Position numbers and translations under genes: made by a program. Below are positions 1 to 6,448 of a stretch of DNA of 6,448 nt, in pieces (the first letter of the stretch is position 1; every line of letters starts with the position of its first letter). Source of the DNA: a virus (lineage: Duplodnaviria; Heunggongvirae; Uroviricota; Caudoviricetes). Under the pieces are notes generated by a model. It saw only the letters and a list, made by a program, of their open reading frames with translations, was not told the origin of the DNA and ran no database searches. The stretch is from the IMG/VR virus record IMGVR_UViG_2690316188_000001. One strand, given 5' to 3'.

Positions 1-74
1 ACCACGAAGCCGCACGACTCCGCTGGCGCACATCGCCGGGCGTGCGCCAGAATCGCTGATTCTGTCTGTGTCAT
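1..74 (-). CDS. K: Tail tip assembly protein K, N-terminal 25 codons only (3' end lies beyond the window start)
   Basis: Reverse complement of 1-74 translates from the ATG at 74-72 as MTQTESAILAHARRCAPAESCGFVV, matching the lambda gpK N-terminus as I recall it. It starts 5 nt downstream of the L stop (80-82). Confidence 0.8.
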   Translation of the reverse strand, partial: MTQTESAILAHARRCAPAESCGFV

Positions 75-79
75 GGGAT

Positions 80-778
80 TTACTGCGAAAGTTTGTTAAT
101 GGAAAGGAAGCCGCCAAAGTTGCCGACGTTATTGCGGAACTTACAACCGCTCAGGCATTTGCTGCATTTATCCTTCGTGATATCGGACGTTGGCTGGTCA
201 TATTCATCCGCGACAGCCGGACCGCTATAACCGCACTCGTCACCGCGATAGGTCCAGGTGCAGGTGTTGGCCAGCATGATACGTCCCGGAAAAACAGCGC
301 CATCCGTTTCCGTCGGCGTGGACAGTACAAAGGAGGCACTCACCGCGCTCAGTTCGCTGCACTGCTCAATGCGCCAGCGGCTGATCACCTCCTGCTCCGG
401 ATCGGCGTAACTGTTTCCGTTGACGAAGTTCACCGCATCCAGAAAACGGGCGTAAACCTTACGCCGGACCACCGTTCCGCCGACCAGACTCTGCATATCT
501 TCCGCCATCCCGGTGACCATACCGTACAGGTTAGAAACCGTCAGCGTGGGGCGCGTACTGGTGCCTTTGCCATTCAGTTCAAAACCGCTCCCCTGAATGG
601 GATACGGCTGATACTGTCGCCCCTGCCAGGTGACCGGCTCACCTTTTTCGTTCTGCTCATTACAGAAAAAATAACGTTCTCCACCGACCTCTGTCAGGTC
701 GATTTCCCAGAGCACCACGCTGGCCGACTGCTCCGCACGGGTGCATTCATTCAGTGTTTCCTGCCGGATATCCTGCAT
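80..778 (-). CDS. L: Tail tip protein L (gpL), 232 aa
   Basis: ORF 80..778 (-) begins MQDIRQETLNECTRAEQSASVVLWEIDL and ends FRNNVGNFGGFLSINKLSQ, matching lambda gpL in length and sequence. It has a Cys-rich C-terminal region (CTWTYRGDEC...KDKCSKCLSGC). Its ATG (778-776) overlaps the M stop by 1 nt. Confidence 0.93.
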   Translation of the reverse strand: MQDIRQETLNECTRAEQSASVVLWEIDLTEVGGERYFFCNEQNEKGEPVTWQGRQYQPYPIQGSGFELNGKGTSTRPTLTVSNLYGMVTGMAEDMQSLVGGTVVRRKVYARFLDAVNFVNGNSYADPEQEVISRWRIEQCSELSAVSASFVLSTPTETDGAVFPGRIMLANTCTWTYRGDECGYSGPAVADEYDQPTSDITKDKCSKCLSGCKFRNNVGNFGGFLSINKLSQ

Positions 779-1107
779 CAGTTCACCACCTGTTCAAACT
801 CTGCGCTGAACTCAACACGCAACATACTGACCCGCGACGACCATTTTGCGCAGGTCACCTTTATCTGCCGCCACTCATAAGGCGGCGTCCACAGAAAGGA
901 TTTCCAGCCCCCGTGCTCTTCCAGAAACGACTCCAGTACCGTGGCCTCCTCACGGGGGACAGAAAGCGTCACGCTGTACGTTTTCAGGTTGGCATTCAGC
1001 CCGGCAGGCGCTCGCTGAGAATAGCCATCACCAAAGCGCACCTTTCTTACAGAAGGGACCGAAGCCACATCCATACCGGGTTTCACTTTCCAGCGGAAGG
1101 TCTTCAT
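778..1107 (-). CDS. M: Tail tip assembly protein M (gpM), 109 aa
   Basis: ORF 778..1107 (-) begins MKTFRWKVKPGMDVASVPSVRKVRFGDGYSQ, matching lambda gpM in length and sequence. Its ATG (1107-1105) overlaps the H TGA stop (1106-1104) as ATGA. A GGAGGTGG Shine-Dalgarno-like sequence lies just upstream within the end of H. Confidence 0.93.
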   Translation of the reverse strand: MKTFRWKVKPGMDVASVPSVRKVRFGDGYSQRAPAGLNANLKTYSVTLSVPREEATVLESFLEEHGGWKSFLWTPPYEWRQIKVTCAKWSSRVSMLRVEFSAEFEQVVN

Positions 1108-4100
1108 CGTCCACCTCCGGAGAACAGGCCACCATCACGCATCTGTGTCTGAATTTCATCACGGGCACCCTTGCGGGCCATGTCATACACCGCCTTCAGA
1201 GCAGCCGGACCTATCTGCCCGTTCGTGCCGTCGTTGTTAATCACCACATGGTTATTCTGCTCAAACGTCCCGGACGCCTGCGACCGGCTGTCTGCCATGC
1301 TGCCCGGTGTACCGACATAACCGCCGGTGGCATAGCCGCGCATCAGCCGGTAAAGATTCCCCACGCCAATCCGGCTGGTTGCCTCCTTCGTGAAGACAAA
1401 CTCACCACGGTGAACAATCCCCGCTGGCTCATATTTGCCGCCGGTTCCCGTAAATCCTCCGGTTGCAAAATGGAATTTCGCCGCAGCGGCCTGAATGGCT
1501 GTACCGCCTGACGCGGATGCTCCACCACTGGCAGCACCGCCAATGGCGCTGCCGATACTCCCGACAATCCCCACCATTGCCTGCTTAAGCAGAATTTCTG
1601 TCATCATGGACAGCACGGAACGGGTGAAGCTGCGCCAGTTCTGCTCACTGCCGGTCAGCATCGCCGCCATATTTTGTGCAATACCATCAAAGGTCTGCGT
1701 GGCTGCACTTTTAACCTGCGACATACTGTCCGTGGCGCTCTCTTCCCACTCACTCCAGCCGGACTTCAGGCCTGCCATCCAGCTCCCGCGAAGCTGGTCT
1801 TCAGCCGCCCAGGTCTTTTTCTGCTCTGACATGACGTTATTCAGCGCCAGCGGATTATCGCCATACTGTTCCTTCAGGCGCTGTTCCGTGGCTTCCCGTT
1901 CTGCCTGCCGGTCAGTCAGCCCCCGGCTTTTCGCATCAATGGCGGCCCGTTTTGCCCGTTGCTGCTGTGCGAATTTATCCGCCTGCTGCGCCAGCGCGTT
2001 CAGGCGCTCCTGATACGTAACCTTGTCGCCAAGTGCAGCCAGCTGGCGTTTGTACTCCAGCGTCTCATCTTTATGCGCCAGCAGGGATTTCTCCTGTGCA
2101 GACAGCTGGCGACGTTGCGCCGCCTCCTCCAGTACCGCGAACTGACTCTCCGCCTTCCACAAATCCCGGCGCTGCTGGCTGATTTTCTCATTNCATCACG
2201 GGCACCCTTGCGGGCCATGTCATACACCGCCTTCAGAGCAGCCGGACCTATCTGCCCGTTCGTGCCGTCGTTGTTAATCACCACATGGTTATTCTGCTCA
2301 AACGTCCCGGACGCCTGCGACCGGCTGTCTGCCATGCTGCCCGGTGTACCGACATAACCGCCGGTGGCATAGCCGCGCATCAGCCGGTAAAGATTCCCCA
2401 CGCCAATCCGGCTGGTTGCCTCCTTCGTGAAGACAAACTCACCACGGTGAACAATCCCCGCTGGCTCATATTTGCCGCCGGTTCCCGTAAATCCTCCGGT
2501 TGCAAAATGGAATTTCGCCGCAGCGGCCTGAATGGCTGTACCGCCTGACGCGGATGCGCCGCCACCAACAGCCCCGCCAATGGCGCTGCCGATACTCCCG
2601 ACAATCCCCACCATTGCCTGCTTAAGCAGAATTTCTGTCATCATGGACAGCACGGAACGGGTGAAGCTGCGCCAGTTCTGCTCACTGCCGGTCAGCATCG
2701 CCGCCATATTTTGTGCAATACCATCAAAGGTCTGCGTGGCTGCACTTTTAACCTGCGACATACTGTCCGTGGCGCTCTCTTCCCACTCACTCCAGCCGGA
2801 CTTCAGGCCTGCCATCCAGCTCCCGCGAAGCTGGTCTTCAGCCGCCCAGGTCTTTTTCTGCTCTGACATGACGTTATTCAGCGCCAGCGGATTATCGCCA
2901 TACTGTTCCTTCAGGCGCTGTTCCGTGGCTTCCCGTTCTGCCTGCCGGTCAGTCAGCCCCCGGCTTTTCGCATCAATGGCGGCCCGTTTTGCCCGTTGCT
3001 GCTGTGCGAATTTATCCGCCTGCTGCGCCAGCGCGTTCAGGCGCTCCTGATACGTAACCTTGTCGCCAAGTGCAGCCAGCTGGCGTTTGTACTCCAGCGT
3101 CTCATCTTTATGCGCCAGCAGGGATTTCTCCTGTGCAGACAGCTGGCGACGTTGCGCCGCCTCCTCCAGTACCGCGAACTGACTCTCCGCCTTCCACAAA
3201 TCCCGGCGCTGCTGGCTGATTTTCTCATTNNNNNNNNNNNCATCACGGGCACCCTTGCGGGCCATGTCATACACCGCCTTCAGAGCAGCCGGACCTATCT
3301 GCCCGTTCGTGCCGTCGTTGTTAATCACCACATGGTTATTCTGCTCAAACGTCCCGGACGCCTGCGACCGGCTGTCTGCCATGCTGCCCGGTGTACCGAC
3401 ATAACCGCCGGTGGCATAGCCGCGCATCAGCCGGTAAAGATTCCCCACGCCAATCCGGCTGGTTGCCTCCTTCGTGAAGACAAACTCACCACGGTGAACA
3501 ATCCCCGCTGGCTCATATTTGCCGCCGGTTCCCGTAAATCCTCCGGTTGCAAAATGGAATTTCGCCGCAGCGGCCTGAATGGCTGTACCGCCTGACGCGG
3601 ATGCGCCGCCACCAACAGCCCCGCCAATGGCGCTGCCGATACTCCCGACAATCCCCACCATTGCCTGCTTAAGCAGAATTTCTGTCATCATGGACAGCAC
3701 GGAACGGGTGAAGCTGCGCCAGTTCTGCTCACTGCCGGTCAGCATCGCCGCCATATTCTGTGCAATACCATCAAAGGTCTGCGTGGCTGCACTTTTTACC
3801 TGCGACATACTGTCCGTGGCGCTCTCTTCCCACTCACTCCAGCCGGACTTCAGGCCTGCCATCCAGTTCCCGCGAAGCTGGTCTTCAGCCGCCCAGGTCT
3901 TTTTCTGCTCTGACATGATGTTATTCAGCGCCAGCGGATTATCGCCATACTGTTCCTTCAGGCGCTGTTCCGTGGCTTCCCGTTCTGCCTGCCGGTCAGT
4001 CAGCCCCCGGCTTTTCGCATCAATGGCGGCCCGTTTTGCCCGTTGCTGCTGTGCGAATTTATCCGCCTGCTGCGCCAGCGCGTTCAGGCGCTCCTGATAC

Positions 4101-5749
4101 GTAACCTTGTCGCCAAGTGCAGCCAGCTGGCGTTTGTACTCCAGCGTCTCATCTTTATGCGCCAGCAGGGATTTCTCCTGTGCAGACAGCTGGCGACGTT
4201 GCGCCGCCTCCTCCAGTACCGCGAACTGACTCTCCGCCTTCCACAAATCCCGGCGCTGCTGGCTGATTTTCTCATTCGCTCCGGCATGCTTCTCCAGCGT
4301 CCGGAGTTCTGCCTGAAGCGTCAGCAGGGCAGCATGAGCACTGTCTTCCTGACGATCGCCCGCAGACACCTTCACGCCGGACTGTTTCGGCTTTTTCAGC
4401 GTCGCTTCATAATCCTTTTTCGCCGCCGCCATCAGCGTGTTGTAATCCGCCTGCAGGATTTTCCCGTCTTTCAGTGCCTTGTTCAGTTCTTCCTGACGGG
4501 CGGTATATTTCTCCAGCGGCGTCTGCAGCCGTTCGTAAGCCTTCTGCGCCTCTTCGGTATATTTCAGCAGTGACGCTTCGGTATCGCTCTGCTGCTGCGC
4601 ATTTTTGTCCTGTTGAGTCTGCTGCTCAGCCTTCTTTCGGGCGGCTTCAAGCGCAAGACGGGTCTTTTCACGATCATCCCAGTAACGCGCCCGCGCTTCA
4701 TCGTTAACAAAATAGTCATCCTTGCGCAGATTCCAGATGTCGTCTGCTTTCTTAAACGCAGCCTCTGCCTTAATCAGCATCTCCTGCGCGGTATCAGGAC
4801 GACCAATATCCAGCACCGCATCCCACATGGATTTGAATGCCCGCGCTGTCCTGTCTGCCCAGGTCTCCAGCGTGCCCATGTTCTCTTTCAGGCGGCGGGT
4901 CTGGTCATCAAACCCTTTCGTTGCGGCTTCGTTCGCCGCCTGCAATGCCCCGGCTTCATCGCCGGAACGCTGCAACTGAGCAACATACGCAATCTGCTCC
5001 GCCGTCACGTTATGGAACTGGCGCGCCATCGCCGTCAGCCCCGACGTCGGGTCAGTGGTCAGCTTCCCGAAGGCTTCAGCGACCTTGTCCACCTCCACAC
5101 CGGATGCAGAAGAGAAACGCGCCACACTCTGGCTGATGGACGCAATCTGAGCCTCACCGCTTACCCCCGCCTTAACCAGTGCACTGAGTGACTCGCTGGT
5201 CTGGTTAAACGTCAGCCCTGCCGCCTGCCCGGCTCTGGACAGGACCAGCATACGATCTGCCGTCAGACCCGACTGATTACCGGAAAGGACCAGCGTTTTG
5301 TTGAAATCGGACAGGGTTGAGTTACCCTGATACCAGGCATACGCCAGCGCACCGGTCGCCACCGCCAGCGAGGTGGCCCCGACCATCGGCAGGGTGATCG
5401 CACCGGCAAGCCCCCGGAACATGGGGATCATCCCGCCGAAGGAGTCCTTAACCTGACCACCCTGTTGCAGCAGGATCAGCCACGGGCTTTGCCCGCCTGC
5501 AAGCTGCGTGGCCACGTCGGTGAACTGTGCAGGCAGCATACGCATGGCGGCTTTATACTGCCCGACGGAAATCCCCGCTTTCTGTGCAGCCAGCGCCTGT
5601 CGGCTCAGCGACTGTTCAACGACTGCCGCTGTTTTTTTCGCATCAGTTTCCGTACCGGAAAAATGACGCCTGACTCTGGCCATCTGCTCGTCAAATCTGG
5701 CCGCATCCAGACTTAAATCAACGACCAGATCGCCTACCGGTTCAGCCAT
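1104..5749 (-). CDS. H: Tail tape measure protein H (gpH); as given, the reading frame is disrupted by a tandem triplication of a 1036-bp internal segment and by N gaps
   Basis: The ATG at 5749-5747 is preceded by AGGAGG (plus-strand 5758-5763) at 6-nt spacing. The N-terminus MAEPVGDLVVDLSLDAARFDEQMARVRRHF and the C-terminus EIQTQMRDGGLFSGGGR (stop 1104-1106) match lambda gpH. The unique 5' part (4277-5749, 1473 nt) plus one repeat unit (1036 nt) plus the unique 3' tail (1104-1156, 53 nt) total 2562 nt, i.e. 853 codons plus stop. The track's 1249-aa ORF (2000..5749) contains X residues from the Ns and ends in a frameshifted copy. Confidence 0.85.
1157..2192. repeat. Tandem repeat copy 1 of the H internal segment; 1036 bp, contiguous with the native H 3' end (1104-1156)
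   Basis: Aligns with copy 2 at a +1037 offset. It differs by a cluster of six substitutions at 1521, 1524, 1529, 1530, 1531 and 1536, changing GGAVGGG to GGAASGG in the Gly-rich segment. It is read in the native C-terminal frame (track ORF 1104..2162). Confidence 0.9.
2193..2193. other. Single ambiguous base (N) exactly at the copy 1 / copy 2 repeat junction
   Basis: An 'n' in the sequence at 2193, between ...gattttctcatt and catcacgggcaccc.... Confidence 0.95.
2194..3229. repeat. Tandem repeat copy 2 of the H internal segment; 1036 bp
   Basis: Flanked by the single N at 2193 and the 11-N run at 3230-3240. In frame with copy 3 because 1036 + 11 = 1047 = 349 x 3. Confidence 0.9.
3230..3240. 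other. Run of 11 N at the copy 2 / copy 3 repeat junction (assembly or scaffold gap)
   Basis: nnnnnnnnnnn at 3230-3240, between the same flanking sequences as at 2193. Confidence 0.95.
3241..4276. repeat. Tandem repeat copy 3 of the H internal segment (first copy in H reading direction); 1036 bp, contiguous with the unique 5' part of H
   Basis: Aligns base for base with 2194-3229 at a +1047 offset, except four substitutions at 3758 (c vs t), 3797 (t vs a), 3867 (t vs c) and 3919 (t vs c). In H these encode NEKISQQRRDLWK...DMARKGARD. Confidence 0.9.
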
Positions 5750-6448
5750 ACCGGACTCCTCCTGCGATCCCTTCTGATACTGTCATCAGCATTACGTCAT
5801 CCTCCGTCATGTCCGCCACATCCGGGGAAGCGGGGATAACTTCATTCCCGTCCGGGCCAAAGCGGACACCTCCGGCAAGCCCTGCCGCTTTCTGCATCAG
5901 CACATCATCTTCAGGCTCTTCGTCAGCCTCGCGCCGGTTAAGCAGACTGAAATCCAGCGGATGCATATCCGGATCGCTGAAAAACAGGCTGAGCACGGTG
6001 TACGTCAGCCCGGAAAAGTGCATATCCAGCAGAACATCATGAAAATAATGGGTACTGTAAAAGCGGTGCCAGTCGGCATACTCCGTGGATGACATCCCGG
6101 CAAGCATGGCACGCCAGTCGGGTCGCCCCATCTCACGCGCCAGTTTCAGGGCAAAACTCAGCTCACCGTCGAACACTTTCCCGCAGAAACAGGCTCTGCG
6201 GGCCCGGCGTCCTCTGCCTGTTCAGGGGCATTATTCACCACAAACTCATACATACCAGACAGCCGGTACACCACGTTTTCAGCATGAGAAATTGCCTCTG
6301 TGGGCCAGGTGGTAAGCACTTCCTGCTCAATCTGTTTAACGGCTTCATTCATGGAAGGCTGCTTTGTCTTCTGCGGATGGTTATGCCACAGGGACATCGC
6401 CACCAGAAACGCGCCGGTTCTGATGGCGTCTTCCACAGTAAACTTCCG
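5742..6448 (-). CDS. GT: Tail assembly chaperone G-T fusion (gpGT), made by programmed -1 ribosomal frameshift at 6182-6176; partial at the 5' end
   Basis: The -1 frame after the slippery heptamer reads GKVFDGELSFALKLAREMGRPDWRAMLAGMSSTEYADWHRFY...GIAGGVRYG with stop at 5744-5742, matching the lambda T region. This frame has no ATG of its own (the track's leading M is a GTG at 6176-6174). Confidence 0.85.
5758..5763 (-). promoter_or_regulatory. Shine-Dalgarno sequence (AGGAGG) for H
   Basis: Plus-strand cctcct at 5758-5763 is AGGAGG on the minus strand, 6 nt upstream of the H ATG (5749-5747), within the 3' end of the T frame. Confidence 0.7.
6158..6448 (-). CDS. G: Tail assembly chaperone G (gpG), C-terminal 96 codons; start lies beyond the window end
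   Basis: Reverse complement read from 6448 gives RKFTVEDAIRTGAFLVAMSLWHNHPQK...AGPAEPVSAGKCSTVS with stop TGA at 6160-6158, matching the lambda gpG C-terminus. Confidence 0.88.
   Translation of the reverse strand, partial: RKFTVEDAIRTGAFLVAMSLWHNHPQKTKQPSMNEAVKQIEQEVLTTWPTEAISHAENVVYRLSGMYEFVVNNAPEQAEDAGPAEPVSAGKCSTVS
6176..6182 (-). promoter_or_regulatory. Slippery heptamer G GGA AAG for the G/GT -1 programmed frameshift
   Basis: Plus-strand ctttccc at 6176-6182 is GGGAAAG on the minus strand. In the G frame it sits as G-GGA-AAG (Gly-Lys) seven codons before the G stop. This is the known lambda G-T recoding site. Confidence 0.85.

Larger units (their letters stand above)
1..6448 (-). mobile_element. 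Lambdoid phage or prophage late-operon tail module (K-L-M-H-T/G), partial at both ends
   Basis: Contiguous same-strand genes whose products match lambda gpG/GT, gpH, gpM, gpL and the gpK N-terminus, in canonical lambda order and with short overlaps between adjacent genes. Confidence 0.9.

Noticed and set aside
68-1511. Long plus-strand ORFs (68..880, 270 aa; 754..1152, 132 aa; 846..1511, 221 aa)
   Set aside because: They lie antisense to the well-supported L, M and H genes and have low-complexity, Arg/Pro/Ala-rich translations typical of shadow ORFs in GC-rich coding DNA. No start-context support.
1157-4276. CRISPR array or IS/transposon-mediated duplication as the source of the repeats
   Set aside because: The units are 1036 bp of protein-coding sequence with no short repeat-spacer periodicity. 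There are no inverted repeats, transposase ORFs or target-site duplications at the boundaries.
1343-4287. Repeated sets of small ORFs (74-aa minus-strand ORFs at 1343..1567, 2380..2604, 3427..3651; 172-aa plus-strand ORFs at 1495..2013, 2532..3050, 3579..4097; and others)
   Set aside because: They are alternative-frame or antisense reading frames inside the triplicated H segment, and recur only because the DNA is repeated. They are not independent genes.
2000-5749. The 1249-aa ORF taken at face value as a giant tape-measure protein
   Set aside because: It contains X residues from the N gaps, stays in frame across one junction only because that gap happens to be 11 N, and ends in a frameshifted copy instead of at the true H C-terminus.
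4474-6315. Plus-strand ORFs over the H 5' region and the T/G region (4474..4707, 4613..5191, 4722..4979, 4837..5136, 5465..5716, 5809..6042, 6085..6315)
   Set aside because: All are antisense to H or G/T. No ribosome-binding sites or recognisable protein features.
1-6448. Promoters or terminators within the window
   Set aside because: Lambda-type late genes are transcribed as one long antiterminated transcript from a distant late promoter. I found no convincing sigma-70 promoter or stem-loop plus U-tract terminator, and the intergenic space is essentially nil.

Overview
This window is the tail-assembly block of a lambda-type siphovirus (phage lambda or a very close lambdoid prophage), all encoded on the minus strand. 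In transcription order (high to low coordinate) it contains the 3' part of G with the G-T -1 frameshift extension, the tape-measure gene H, M, L, and the first 25 codons of K. I see no novel system here. The one unusual feature is inside H: a 1036-bp segment of its 3' half is present three times in tandem (1157-2192, 2194-3229, 3241-4276), with junctions marked by N characters (one N at 2193, eleven at 3230-3240). With a single copy the gene would be exactly 2562 nt (853 codons plus stop), the length I recall for lambda H. The copies differ from each other at a few positions, so I judge this most likely a scaffolding or repeat-resolution artefact that chained alleles together, not a real tape-measure expansion. 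All long plus-strand ORFs in the track are antisense shadows of these genes. Protein identities rest on my recollection of lambda sequences and were not checked against a database.
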